From Hyalangium minutum (GTDB lineage: Bacteria; Myxococcota; Myxococcia; Myxococcales; Myxococcaceae), in the NCBI RefSeq assembly GCF_000737315.1, contig NZ_JMCB01000002.1, positions 620,001 through 684,000 on the forward strand: 64,000 bases of DNA. The letters are read 5' to 3'. The notes beneath the pieces were generated by a model, which saw nothing but the letters and a program-made list of their open reading frames with translations, did not search any database and had not been told where the DNA came from. Both the position numbers and the translations under genes were made by a program. Shown in pieces: positions 1 through 9,592 of this stretch (the stretch's first letter is position 1; each line of letters opens with the position of its first letter).

Positions 1-54
1 GTCAGTGCCCAGCCAAGAGAGCAAGCGGCGAGCCATACGCCACGTGGCGAACAC
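1..54 (-). CDS. Possible 5' end of a gene running off the left edge of the window
   Basis: On the minus strand GGAGG is followed by GTG at 54, with an in-frame ATG at 36 (MARRLLSWLGTD...). Too short to identify. Confidence 0.3.
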   Translation of the reverse strand, partial: MFATWRMARRLLSWLGTD

Positions 55-269
55 CCCCTCCTTGTGACGAAAAGCGGCGGTGGAGGCAGGTGCAGAGAGA
101 CTGTGAGAGATCCAACCATCTTGGATCCTCACAATGCGGGAAGCGGGATCAGATCCGCGCGGACTGTCCTGGGTGCAGTGGGCCTGCACACCGCGTCAGG
201 ACCGCTGTGTGTTCACTGCAGACCGCGACCCGCGTCACACTCCGATGCAAGGGAGTGAACGACATGCCC

Positions 270-294
270 AAAATTGTCAGGAGGTGACAATTTT
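270..294. promoter_or_regulatory. Perfect inverted repeat, candidate transcription factor operator
   Basis: AAAATTGTCA-GGAGG-TGACAATTTT, with 10-bp arms, in an AT-richer intergenic stretch. Confidence 0.55.
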
Positions 295-399
295 TGTCGC
301 TGTCTCCAGGAGCGGGGTTCCACGGGCGCACAATCTTTCCACCGGTGCCACACAGGGGCACTCACAGGGGCGGCGCACAGCGAGGAACGAAGAGCAGTA

Positions 400-1596
400 T
401 TACCCGAGTGCCCCGGTTCTCGCAACTCTCCTGGGAGCCTTGCGTAACCAGTGGCGGGCGGGCTCTTCCACGAACTGGAAGAGGACGAGCGAGGCGGCCA
501 CGGCGGCGGGGGCGAGGAGCAAAGCGACGGTGTTGTGGGGAAGGGTGAGGGTGCGCGTGTTGAGGGCCAGCGCGAAGCCCATCAGCGAGCCGTGAGTGAG
601 GTAGAGCGCGTAGCTGGCGCCGCCGAGCCGGAGGAGCGGTCGTGTCCCCATCCCCATCCCACTCCAGGCCACGCCGCATGCGAGCAGCCAGATGCAGACA
701 GCGAACAAGGGGACGAGCACCCCCATCTGGACGATGGCCGAGGGCGTGGGAGGCAGGAGGATGAGCACGGCGGCGATGGCGCCGATGGTGGTGATCAGGC
801 CCGCCGTGCGCCAGGCCTGGCTGCCCTGACGCGTGCGGCGGCAGAACAGCAGTCCGAGGCACAGGCCCAGGACGAACTCGGGCAGCCGCAGGAGCGGGAC
901 GAGCTGGCTCGGCAGTTCGCTCCAGGCCGTGAGGATACGCACGGTGAGCGCGCCGGTGCCCTGCGCGCCGAGGCTCGAGACCAGCTCACCCGCGAGGAAG
1001 GGAGCCATGCCGAGCACCCAGGCGCTTACGGCCACGGAGAGCAGCCGCCGCGAGGACTGCCGTGCGAGCCAGACGCCCAGGAAGGGGAACAGCGCGTAGA
1101 AGAACGCCTCGGCCGAGAGCGTCCACGCCATGGTGTTCCAGACGGGGCGGCCGCCCTCGAGCCAGGCCTGGGTGAGGGTGAGCGTGGCGGCGCAGATTTG
1201 GGCCACCTCGCCGGGGGCCGCGGTGGGCTCGGCGTGGGAGAGCAGACGCAGGAAGAGGGGGAGGTCCACCGCCAGCGCGAGCAGGTAGATGGGGTAGATG
1301 CGCGCGAAGCGGGCCCGGTAGAAATCGCGCGTCGTCCCGACGAACCCGCCCCGCTCGTCCAGGTAGTTGTAGGCGAGGATGAAGCCGGACAGGACGAAGA
1401 AGAGGCTCACCGTGGTGAAGCCCGCTCGGAACAGGTTGCCGAGGAAGGCCGGAGCGTTGGGCTCACAGGGCGGGCAGTAGAAGTGGTAGCTGACCACGCC
1501 CAGGGCGGCGAAGAAGCGCAGGCCGGTGCACGCATCGAGCGGCGGACGGCGAAGGGCGGGAGCGGGGGAGGAGGCCATGAACGCGGAGGGCGCCAT
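400..1596 (-). CDS. Acyltransferase family 3 (OafA-like polysaccharide O-acyltransferase)
   Basis: Motifs TGLRFFAAL, LFFVLSGF, RFARIYP, WTLSAEAFFY and LGGASYALYLTH; many hydrophobic segments. Confidence 0.9.
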   Translation of the reverse strand: MAPSAFMASSPAPALRRPPLDACTGLRFFAALGVVSYHFYCPPCEPNAPAFLGNLFRAGFTTVSLFFVLSGFILAYNYLDERGGFVGTTRDFYRARFARIYPIYLLALAVDLPLFLRLLSHAEPTAAPGEVAQICAATLTLTQAWLEGGRPVWNTMAWTLSAEAFFYALFPFLGVWLARQSSRRLLSVAVSAWVLGMAPFLAGELVSSLGAQGTGALTVRILTAWSELPSQLVPLLRLPEFVLGLCLGLLFCRRTRQGSQAWRTAGLITTIGAIAAVLILLPPTPSAIVQMGVLVPLFAVCIWLLACGVAWSGMGMGTRPLLRLGGASYALYLTHGSLMGFALALNTRTLTLPHNTVALLLAPAAVAASLVLFQFVEEPARHWLRKAPRRVARTGALG

Positions 1597-1617
1597 CGTA
1601 TCAGCCCCCCAGGGCGC

Positions 1618-2763
1618 TCAGCGTTGGAGACGCTGTTGGTAGGCCGCGAGCACCGTGCGCGCGTGTGCCTGCCAGGTGAAGTGCCGGGCACGCTCGAGGC
1701 GCAGCTCACGAGGGGGAGGCAGGTGCCGGCCGGACAGGAGCGCATCGATCGTCTCCGTCCACCCGGTGACGTGGCCGACCGGGCAGTAGAGGCACGCGGT
1801 GTCGCCCACTTCGCGCAGCACCGGGAGCGCGCTGGCGACCACGGGCGCTCCGCAGGCGAGCGCTTCGATGACCGGGAGCCCGAAGCCCTCGGCTTCGCTG
1901 GGAACGAGCACGGCCTGGGCCCGGCGGTAGAGCCCCGCGAGTGTGGCCCGGTTCAGCTTGGGAGGCTGCAGCAGCGCATCGCCGATGCCGAGGCGCGCCA
2001 CCTGCTCGCGCTGAGCGGGAGTGAGCGCGCCACCTTGCTGAACGAGCCGCAGCTCCGGGTGGCGCGTGCGCAAGGCCGCGAAGACCTCGAAGAGCACGTC
2101 CAGGCGCTTGCGAGGAATGGAGCTGCCTACATGCAGGAGGTACGGCCGGCCGCCGAGGGGCGCGAGGACGGACTCGCTCGTGTCTCCGGGAGAGGGCTCT
2201 GGGCGGAACTCGGGGGACACGCCGGGAGGTGCCCACACGAGTCGTTCTGGCTCCACGAGGCCATGGCGCAGGAGCTCGTCGCGCACGGCCTGGGTGCCGT
2301 GGAAGACGATGGCAGCGCGCTGCAGGCCCAGGAGTGTCGTGCGGGCCATGAGGCGGAACCACGCGGGGCGAGGCTCTCGGTGGGGTTCGATCACCGAGCG
2401 GAAGGTGTCCAGGTCGTGGCAGTAGACGCCGGTGCGCCGGGCCGGCAGGGCGTGGACGAGCTGCGCGTACGAGTGGTCCACCACATGGAAGGCGTCATAC
2501 CGGCCACGGGCCAGTAAGGCCTGTGCGGGGTATCCGCCGAAGCGGGTGAGGAGCCGGTCCGTGTTGAAGGCCACGCGCTCGCTGATGCTGGGCAGCCGCT
2601 GAAAGAGGCGTGGCATCGAGGGCCGCACCCCTGTCACCGCCACTTCCGAGGGCAGTGCGGACAGCTCTTCGCGGAGGGACTCGCCGACGAGGTCCATGCT
2701 GGGCCAACCCTCCTCGATCGGATCCATCAGCAACGCGAGCTTCAGCGGTGCACGGGTGCTCAT
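1618..2763 (-). CDS. Glycosyltransferase family 4 (GT-B)
   Basis: Starts MSTRAPLKLALL at 2763 (the ORF-track 5' extension is spurious). Motifs LHVGSSIPRKR and PSEAEGFGLPVIEALACG. Confidence 0.9.
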   Translation of the reverse strand: MSTRAPLKLALLMDPIEEGWPSMDLVGESLREELSALPSEVAVTGVRPSMPRLFQRLPSISERVAFNTDRLLTRFGGYPAQALLARGRYDAFHVVDHSYAQLVHALPARRTGVYCHDLDTFRSVIEPHREPRPAWFRLMARTTLLGLQRAAIVFHGTQAVRDELLRHGLVEPERLVWAPPGVSPEFRPEPSPGDTSESVLAPLGGRPYLLHVGSSIPRKRLDVLFEVFAALRTRHPELRLVQQGGALTPAQREQVARLGIGDALLQPPKLNRATLAGLYRRAQAVLVPSEAEGFGLPVIEALACGAPVVASALPVLREVGDTACLYCPVGHVTGWTETIDALLSGRHLPPPRELRLERARHFTWQAHARTVLAAYQQRLQR

Positions 2764-3941
2764 GCGTGCGGGCCTCCACTCGTGGGGGAGGGGCTCAGCA
2801 GGGCCTCCAAGGTGCGCTCCAGGGAGAAGCGCTCGCGGTACACCTCGGCCGCGCGGGCTCCGAGGGCCGTGCGTTCCTCGGGGCGGGCCAGGAGCCGCTC
2901 GGTGGCCTCGGCCAGCGCGGACGAATCTGTGCCCTCCACGAGGGCCACCGCGCCCAGCCCGCGCCACAGTGGCTCGGTGAGGTGCCCGGTGTTGGTGATG
3001 AGCGGACGGCCCAGGGCGAGGCTCGCCATCACGGTGCCCCGTCGTGCGCTCACGCCATCCCCATAAGGCTGCACGAGCAGGTCGCACGCCGCGAGGTGTG
3101 CCACCAACGCGTCGGGCTCGAGAGAATCACGCGAGAGGAGCTGACGGGACAGCTCGGGGTGCTGCTGGAGGAGGCCTCTCTTCCAGGACTCACTGCCCCG
3201 GCCCAGCAATAGCATCCGGCGGCGGGAGTCCGCTCGCAGCAGGGGAACGAGCGCACGCTCCAGCAACCCCGAAGTGGCGGCGCCATAGGTGCCGAAGTGC
3301 CCCAGGAGGAGCCCCTCGCCGAGCTCGGCCCGGACGCGAGCCACCGCCTCGGGAGCCACGGCCGTGGGAAAGTTGCTGGGCACGGGGCGCCACTCGGCGT
3401 GGCGGCGGAGTGGGACCGGGAGGTGCTCGGCCCAGGCGGGAATGGAGACGAACGCACGGTCCGCCGCTCCGGCGACCAGCCGCAGCATGACGCGCGTGGT
3501 GCCGGCGAGCAGCTGGTGGCGCAGCGGATCCGCTGGGCTCCACGGGTAGACCACCTCGTGGAAGAAGACCCAGCGCTCGTCCTGGTGGCGAGCGGCGAAC
3601 CAGGCGCAGAAGGGCACATTCATCGCCTTCAGGCCGAACGCGTGGGGCACGTACTGGAGCAGCAGCCGCCGAGGCCTTCGGCAGCGATTCAACCTGCGGG
3701 TGAGCCCCACCAGCCCCCGAGGGGTGAAGAGGCCCGGAGCGCGGTGCACGGTGACGCCGTCCTCGACAGAATCGCCTGAGTCACCGGGGGACCAGACGTG
3801 GACCTCGGCGCCGCTGCGAGCCAGTTCCCGGGCGATGAGCCGCGTGTAGTCGCTGACTCCGCCGGGCTGAGGGGGGTACTCGCCCGTGAGCAGGTGCCAG
3901 GCAACGTCCGAGGCAGCAGCGGCGGGGCGCGGACGGCTCAG
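2760..3941 (-). CDS. Glycosyltransferase family 4 (start codon uncertain)
   Basis: N-terminal LTGEYPPQPGGVSDYT and C-terminal DLLVQPY...RRGTVMASLALGRP. The only plausible start is CTG at 3941, which overlaps the upstream TGA. Confidence 0.8.
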   Translation of the reverse strand: MSRPRPAAAASDVAWHLLTGEYPPQPGGVSDYTRLIARELARSGAEVHVWSPGDSGDSVEDGVTVHRAPGLFTPRGLVGLTRRLNRCRRPRRLLLQYVPHAFGLKAMNVPFCAWFAARHQDERWVFFHEVVYPWSPADPLRHQLLAGTTRVMLRLVAGAADRAFVSIPAWAEHLPVPLRRHAEWRPVPSNFPTAVAPEAVARVRAELGEGLLLGHFGTYGAATSGLLERALVPLLRADSRRRMLLLGRGSESWKRGLLQQHPELSRQLLSRDSLEPDALVAHLAACDLLVQPYGDGVSARRGTVMASLALGRPLITNTGHLTEPLWRGLGAVALVEGTDSSALAEATERLLARPEERTALGARAAEVYRERFSLERTLEALLSPSPTSGGPHA

Positions 3942-4603
3942 GAGGCCTCCATGTCCCGGATGGCCAGGAGCTGGAAGGCATGCTTGGGGAAGCGCGAGGC
4001 GAAGGGCTCGGTGAGCCGTGCCACGAAGCCGCCGAGCCGGCGAGGGCGGATGCGGGGCAAGGCATAGTCGCCGCGTAGGGGCTTCCACCCGCTCATGCCG
4101 GTGACGCGGTAGCCGCGCAGCTCGAAGTCATACACCTCCCAGCCCGAGCGGTGGTGCTGGTGCACGTTGCCGTCCCACTCGTCCTGAGGGAGGAAGCCGT
4201 TGGGCGTGAAGAGGATGACGCGCTTGCGTGCGATGGACTCGAGCATCTCCAGAAACCGGTAGCCGTCCGGCTTGTCGAAGTGCTCGATGACATCCAAGGC
4301 GATGGCGGCGTCGAAGCTCTTGGGGCCGAACGCCTCACCCACCTTCATGAGATCCATGCAGTGGTACTCGCTGTGGATGCCTGCGGCGCGGCTGCGCTCG
4401 ATGGCCTTGTCGTAGCCGTCCACGCCCACGGTGCGGGGGATGAGGTGGGAGAAGGAGCGGATCGGCGAGCGGAACCCGCAGCCCACGTCCAGCACGCTGT
4501 CACACGTGCCGACGAGCGCCTCGCGCAGGGTGCGGAAGAGCACCTCGTGCTCGCTCACCAGCACCTCGCGCCGGAGGAAGTGCAGGATGCCACCAGGTTG
4601 CAT
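3938..4603 (-). CDS. Class I SAM-dependent methyltransferase
   Basis: Motif I VLDVGCG; FDAAIALDVIEH. Confidence 0.85.
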   Translation of the reverse strand: MQPGGILHFLRREVLVSEHEVLFRTLREALVGTCDSVLDVGCGFRSPIRSFSHLIPRTVGVDGYDKAIERSRAAGIHSEYHCMDLMKVGEAFGPKSFDAAIALDVIEHFDKPDGYRFLEMLESIARKRVILFTPNGFLPQDEWDGNVHQHHRSGWEVYDFELRGYRVTGMSGWKPLRGDYALPRIRPRRLGGFVARLTEPFASRFPKHAFQLLAIRDMEAS

Positions 4604-4752
4604 GCGGCGCGGGACCGTAGCCCTCGCGCTCCGGGGGTGTCAAAAGACTCGCGCGGAGGGGAGGGGGCCCTCTCCTGGATGGAGAGCGTGCAGGCGCCTC
4701 GTGCTTGAGGGGAGAGGGGGTCACCATTAGCATCCTCGCGGCCTGTCTTGGG

Positions 4753-6267
4753 ATGAACGCCACCGCCGCCCCAGAAGCCACCACCTCCGAGGTGAAGGCT
4801 CGCGCCCAGAAGGGCGTGCTCGTGCTGGCCGCCCGCACCCTGGTATCGCAGGGGCTGCGGGTGGTGAGCGCCCTGTGTCTGTCGCGCCTGTTGTTCCCGG
4901 ATGACTATGGCCTGTTCGGCATCGTCTCGTACGCGGCCACACTGGGGGCGTACATGGGGGACCTGGGGCTGAGCGCCGCGCTGGTTCGCCAGACCCGCGA
5001 GCCCACGGCGGAAGAGACCTCGACGCTCTTTTGGGGCCACCAGGTGCTGACGGGGCTCGTCGCCATCATCGTGTCGCTGCTGGCACCCACGCTCGTCGCG
5101 GGCTACGCGCTGGGCGCCCAGGCGCTGCCGATGCTCTACGTCATGGCCGCGGGCCTGTTTTTCTACTCCCTGCGCGTCATCCCGCTGATGGCGCTGGAGC
5201 GGCAGCTGGCCTTCCCGGTCATCGCTCGCGCCGAAATCATCGAGAACCTGGCGCAGGTGGTCATCACCATCGGGCTGGCGGCGCTGGGGTGTGGGGCCTG
5301 GGCGCTGGCGGGAGGCGGGCTGGCGCGCGGAGTGGTGGGGTTGGTGTGCATCTGGATGGCGTCTCCCTGGCGGCCCCAGTTCACCTTCCACGGCTCGATC
5401 ATCCGGAGGCTGCTGGGGTTCGGGCTGGCGTACCAGCTGCCGCCGATCGTCGCGGCGTTCACGGCGGGCTGGGTGCCGCTCGTGGTGGGACGGGTGCTGG
5501 GCAAGGACTCGGTGGGGCTCGTCAACTGGGCGTGGGCGCTGGCCTCCACGCCGATGATGCTCAGCGCGATCCTCAACCGCGTGGCCTTCCCGGCCTACTG
5601 CCGGCTGCAGGATGACCCAGTGGGCTTCGCGGAGTACCTGCGCACCTCGCTGCGGCGCCTGTCCGCGGCGCTCTGCCTGCTCATTCCGTTGGCAGTGCTG
5701 GCGGTGCCGGTGGCCGTGCCACTCCTGTTCGGCGAGCGCTGGGTGCCTGCGGTGCCGCTGGTGCAGTGGTTCAGCATGGAGTGCATCCTCGTCACGCTCA
5801 CGGGGCTGCTGGCCACCGCGCAGAACGCGGGCGGGCGGCCGTGGGAGCGGCTCGCCGTCACGGTGGGCGTGGGCGCCTCGAAGTGGGCGCTGGGGCTCTG
5901 GCTCATCCATCGCTTCGGGCTCAACGGCGTGGGGCCGCTGGGTGTCGTCGTGGGCCTGGGCGAGCTGTGGGTGACGGCGTGGCTCGTCTCTCGGCTCAAC
6001 CCCGCGCTGCGAGGGATTGTGACGGAGGTGGTGGAGCCTTTCGTCACCGTGGGTCTGCTGCTGCTGGGAGCCTGCCTCGCCGCGGCGTACGCCTTCCGGG
6101 AGGGGCTGTGGGCGCAGGCGCTCGCCGGTGGGGTGCTGTTCTCGGGCCTCTTCCTGCTGCGGGAGCGGTTGCCGGGGCGAGTACCGTTGGTGGCGGAGCT
6201 GCGGACCATCGTGGCGCTCGTCCGAGCGCGGCGCAGGGGCGTGGCGCCGGGAGGGGCCGTGCCATGA
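4753..6267 (+). CDS. wzx: Wzx/PST-family polysaccharide flippase
   Basis: LSRLLFPDDYGLFG and DLGLSAALVR motifs; about 12-14 TM segments; located among glycosyltransferases. Confidence 0.88.
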   Translation: MNATAAPEATTSEVKARAQKGVLVLAARTLVSQGLRVVSALCLSRLLFPDDYGLFGIVSYAATLGAYMGDLGLSAALVRQTREPTAEETSTLFWGHQVLTGLVAIIVSLLAPTLVAGYALGAQALPMLYVMAAGLFFYSLRVIPLMALERQLAFPVIARAEIIENLAQVVITIGLAALGCGAWALAGGGLARGVVGLVCIWMASPWRPQFTFHGSIIRRLLGFGLAYQLPPIVAAFTAGWVPLVVGRVLGKDSVGLVNWAWALASTPMMLSAILNRVAFPAYCRLQDDPVGFAEYLRTSLRRLSAALCLLIPLAVLAVPVAVPLLFGERWVPAVPLVQWFSMECILVTLTGLLATAQNAGGRPWERLAVTVGVGASKWALGLWLIHRFGLNGVGPLGVVVGLGELWVTAWLVSRLNPALRGIVTEVVEPFVTVGLLLLGACLAAAYAFREGLWAQALAGGVLFSGLFLLRERLPGRVPLVAELRTIVALVRARRRGVAPGGAVP

Positions 6268-7220
6268 CGCAGAAGCCGGATCTGGTCATCTCCATCGTCA
6301 ATCACAGCAACCCGGAGCTGCTGCACGACTGCCTGCGGACGTTGTTCGCGACGACGCGGCAGTGCACCTTCGAGGTATGGGTGGTGGACAACGCCACGGA
6401 CGGGCGGGGCGTAGAGGCCATGCGGCGCGACTTCCCGCAGGTGCGCTGGCTCTTCAACAAGGAGCGCAAGGGCTTCTCGGCCAACCACAACCAGGTGCTG
6501 ACCCAGGCGAAGGCCCGCCACTTCTGTGTCTTCAATGACGACACCATCGTGCACGAGGGAGCGTTCGACGCGCTGGTGCGCTTCATGGACGCGAACCCGC
6601 GCGTGGGCATGGCGGGGGCGCGGCTGCTCAACGCGGACGGCACGGTACAGAATTGCGCGTTCCGGGAGATGACACTGGCGCAGGCGCTTTGGGACATCTG
6701 CTTCCTGCCGCGCCCGTTGCACTTCCTGAAGCGGCAGCACATTCACCCAGCGCAGTACGGCTACGAGCAAGCGCGGGTGAGCTGGGTGCTGGGCGCCTGT
6801 ATGGTGGTGCGGGAGGAGTGCCTGCGAGACGTGGGGCTCTTGGACGAGAGGCTCTCTCCGCTGGGGAACACGGAGGACACGGACTGGTGCGTGCGAGCGT
6901 GGAAGGCAGGTTGGGAGGTGGCCTTCTGCCCGGACGCGGTCATCACTCACCTGACGAGCCGCTCATTCCGGCCCTCGGCGTCGGGGCCGGACAAGATCCG
7001 CGTGGAGCTGTGGCGCACGCGGTTGGCCTTCTTCCGCAAGCACCATGGCCGGCTCCATGAGCAGCTCATGCGGCTCATCCTGGTGGGGACGCTGCCGTGG
7101 AACTCGTTCGTGCTGACACAGTCGCTGGTGCGGAGGCGGCTGAGCCTGAGCGAGTACAAGCGGCAGCTCTCCACGTTCTTGCGCATCTCTGAGATGGGCC
7201 TGCGCGCGCGAGTGGGGTGA
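6264..7220 (+). CDS. Glycosyltransferase family 2
   Basis: VWVVDNATD, GFSANHNQ, VFNDDT, VLGACMVVR and EDTDWCVRA; ATGA overlap with wzx. Confidence 0.9.
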   Translation: MTQKPDLVISIVNHSNPELLHDCLRTLFATTRQCTFEVWVVDNATDGRGVEAMRRDFPQVRWLFNKERKGFSANHNQVLTQAKARHFCVFNDDTIVHEGAFDALVRFMDANPRVGMAGARLLNADGTVQNCAFREMTLAQALWDICFLPRPLHFLKRQHIHPAQYGYEQARVSWVLGACMVVREECLRDVGLLDERLSPLGNTEDTDWCVRAWKAGWEVAFCPDAVITHLTSRSFRPSASGPDKIRVELWRTRLAFFRKHHGRLHEQLMRLILVGTLPWNSFVLTQSLVRRRLSLSEYKRQLSTFLRISEMGLRARVG

Positions 7221-7226
7221 GCGGCC

Positions 7227-8141
7227 ATGCCCTTCTTCTCCATCGTCATCGCCACGTACAACCGGGCCCGGCTGATCGGCGAGACACTGGAGACCGTCTT
7301 CGCCCAGGAGTTCACCGACTACGAGGTGCTCGTGGCGGATGATGGCTCCACGGATGGCACGCGCGAGGTGCTCGCGCGCTACGGCGAGCGGGTGCGCGTG
7401 CTGCGCCAGGAGAACCAGGGGCCTGGACCGGCGAGGAACCTCGGCATTCGGCACGCCGCGGGCCAGTACGTGGTGTTCCTGGACAGCGATGACCTGTGGT
7501 TTCCGTGGACCCTGGCGGCCTACCACCAAGCTATCGGCATGTACGGAAAGCCCTCGGTGGTGATGGGCACTCCCGCCAAGTTCCAGCGTCCGGAAGAGCT
7601 GTCCAGGGTGAAGCGAGGCGCGCTGAAGACCCATGCCTTCGCGGACTACTTCGCGACGGCGGAGGCGCCGTTCGTCCGGACCGCTTGCGTGGTCGCCGTG
7701 AGGACAGAGGCGCTGCTTCGCGTGGGAGGGTTCACGCCGCTGCGCATCATCTCCGAGGACCACGACCTGCTGTACCGGCTGGGCACGGAGCCGTGCTTCG
7801 TGTGGATGGAGGAGCCGCTCGTGGTGGGCTACCGCCAACACGGGAGTTCCTCGTCTCGGGACCTCGAGCGCGGCTACGAGGGGCTGTGCTACCAACTGGA
7901 GCAAGAGCGGCTCGGGCGCTATCCGGGGAGTGAGGCACGGAGGCGCGAGCGGCTGACGTTGATCCTCCACGGCGTACGGCACGTGTCACGCTGGTTGGTG
8001 GAGCACGGACGGCCGGACCTCGCACTGGACCTGTACCGGCGGAGCTTGCCTGCGCACCTCGTGGTGCCGCGCTGGCGCTACATGCTGGGGTTCGCGCCAT
8101 GGATGGTGGCGTCGGTCGCGCTGAAGCCGTTTCGCCGCTGA
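7227..8141 (+). CDS. Glycosyltransferase family 2
   Basis: FSIVIATYNR, VADDGSTDGT, GPARNLGI and VFLDSDD. Confidence 0.92.
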   Translation: MPFFSIVIATYNRARLIGETLETVFAQEFTDYEVLVADDGSTDGTREVLARYGERVRVLRQENQGPGPARNLGIRHAAGQYVVFLDSDDLWFPWTLAAYHQAIGMYGKPSVVMGTPAKFQRPEELSRVKRGALKTHAFADYFATAEAPFVRTACVVAVRTEALLRVGGFTPLRIISEDHDLLYRLGTEPCFVWMEEPLVVGYRQHGSSSSRDLERGYEGLCYQLEQERLGRYPGSEARRRERLTLILHGVRHVSRWLVEHGRPDLALDLYRRSLPAHLVVPRWRYMLGFAPWMVASVALKPFRR

Positions 8142-8249
8142 GGCATGCAGCCGATGACAGCCTATGAGGGAGGGTGCCTGTTGCCCTACCTACCATGTCA
8201 GACTCGGATGGTTTGATGGCGGAAACCATGAACGAGGTGGGTGGCGGAG

Positions 8250-9569
8250 ATGGAACGGATGGGTTTTGTGGCGCATATCGAGGAGGACCTGGAGCGGACG
8301 ATTTCGCAGGGACGGTTACCCGCGAGTGGCTTTCTTCCCTCGGAGAGCTTGCTGGCACGGCAGTATGGCGTCTCGCGAACCACCGTGAGGGAAGCGCTGC
8401 TGCGGTTGGCGGCGCGAGGCTTGGTGGTGCAGCACCCCGGGCGTAAGACCCGCGCAGTAGCCATGGACGTGGCGGTCACGCTCGAGAACCTGAGCGTGGC
8501 GCTGCATGCAGAAGGCCCGGCACACCCCGAGAGGCGACGGCTGCTGGAGGGGTACCTCGAGCTGAAGCGAGAGATGACAGTCGAGCTGCTGTCAGCCTGC
8601 TGCGAACGTGCCACCCAGGCGGATCTGGAGACACTGCAGGACGCCTGCTTCATGTTGAGGGAAGAGGCGCGCTGGAAAGGGCGTCCTGGTTGGGTGGAGC
8701 GAGAGTTCAACCTGTTGCGGCAGGCAGCAATCTTCTCGGGCCGTCCTGGACACTTCCTGCTCATCCAATCGCTGGAGCGTTCCTTCTGGGGGATGTCCGG
8801 GCGCTTGTTACCCCATCTGGACGGCGAAGCCATCTGTGGGTGGGCACATGCCGCGTTCTCAGCTCTGCATGACAAGGACGTGCAGGCGCTGAAGCATCAG
8901 CTGGCACCCTTGCTTCAGGCGTGCGACGAGCGCCTCCTCCGAGGACTCTCAGCCTTACAAGATGCCGCCCGCCCGCATATGATTCCTCTCGGTCCAACGG
9001 AGCTGCCCCGAAAGCAGCCCTCACAAGAAGCTCCGTTTCCGGACCAGAACTCCAGGCCCGATGTTGCGAGGTACGAGTCCTCAACAGGGGCCCTGTTTGG
9101 GGAACCTCGCATCGGGCCTGAGACCGCGACGACCAATCCATTGTTGGTGGAAGAGGTTCAGGAACTTCACTCCGACCTTGCTGCGGCAACGGGCGAATCC
9201 GTGTTGGCGAAGGAGGCCCAGGAAGTTCACACCGAGCTTGAAGCCGTGACGTGTGAGCCATCGTTGGAACAGGTCCAGAAGGTTCACGCTGAGCGAGAGT
9301 CTGCGAGGAGCGAACCCGTCTCCGATGCGCAAATCCAGGAGGCTCACACCGAGCCGGGGACCGCTACGGGCGAGGTGCCGGCCGAGTTCGGCGCGAACTT
9401 GTCTGCTTGTTGGACAGGTTCCGACAAAAAGCGGTCGGCAGGGGTCCCTCCTCCCGCGTCTGTGCCCTGCGGCTTGGGCTGCCCCTCAAGCGATACGGAA
9501 CTTGGGCGGGCGGTGTCTCCTGCCGGCGACGAGGAGGGAGAGATTGGAGCTGTCTCCGAGAAGCCCTGA
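8250..9569 (+). CDS. GntR/FadR-family regulator with a long, repeat-containing C-terminal tail
   Basis: Winged HTH LPSESLLARQYGVSRTTVREALLRLAARGLV; FCD-like middle region; low-complexity tail. Confidence 0.8.
   Translation: MERMGFVAHIEEDLERTISQGRLPASGFLPSESLLARQYGVSRTTVREALLRLAARGLVVQHPGRKTRAVAMDVAVTLENLSVALHAEGPAHPERRRLLEGYLELKREMTVELLSACCERATQADLETLQDACFMLREEARWKGRPGWVEREFNLLRQAAIFSGRPGHFLLIQSLERSFWGMSGRLLPHLDGEAICGWAHAAFSALHDKDVQALKHQLAPLLQACDERLLRGLSALQDAARPHMIPLGPTELPRKQPSQEAPFPDQNSRPDVARYESSTGALFGEPRIGPETATTNPLLVEEVQELHSDLAAATGESVLAKEAQEVHTELEAVTCEPSLEQVQKVHAERESARSEPVSDAQIQEAHTEPGTATGEVPAEFGANLSACWTGSDKKRSAGVPPPASVPCGLGCPSSDTELGRAVSPAGDEEGEIGAVSEKP
9150..9378 (+). repeat. Degenerate coding tandem repeat, 4 copies of 57-60 bp
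   Basis: Units start near 9150, 9210, 9267 and 9327 and share a CAGGA.GTTCAC-like core (peptides EVQELHSD, EAQEVHTE, QVQKVHAE, QIQEAHTE). Confidence 0.7.
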
Positions 9570-9592
9570 GCTGTGGGCTGAGCTGTCGTAGC

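Noticed and set aside
451-2517. Long plus-strand ORF (688 aa); likewise 11674..13470, 20618..22930, 24038..25660, 48879..51032 and 56489..59062
   Set aside because: Antisense shadow ORFs of well-supported genes. They are expected at about 70% GC and have no recognisable motifs.
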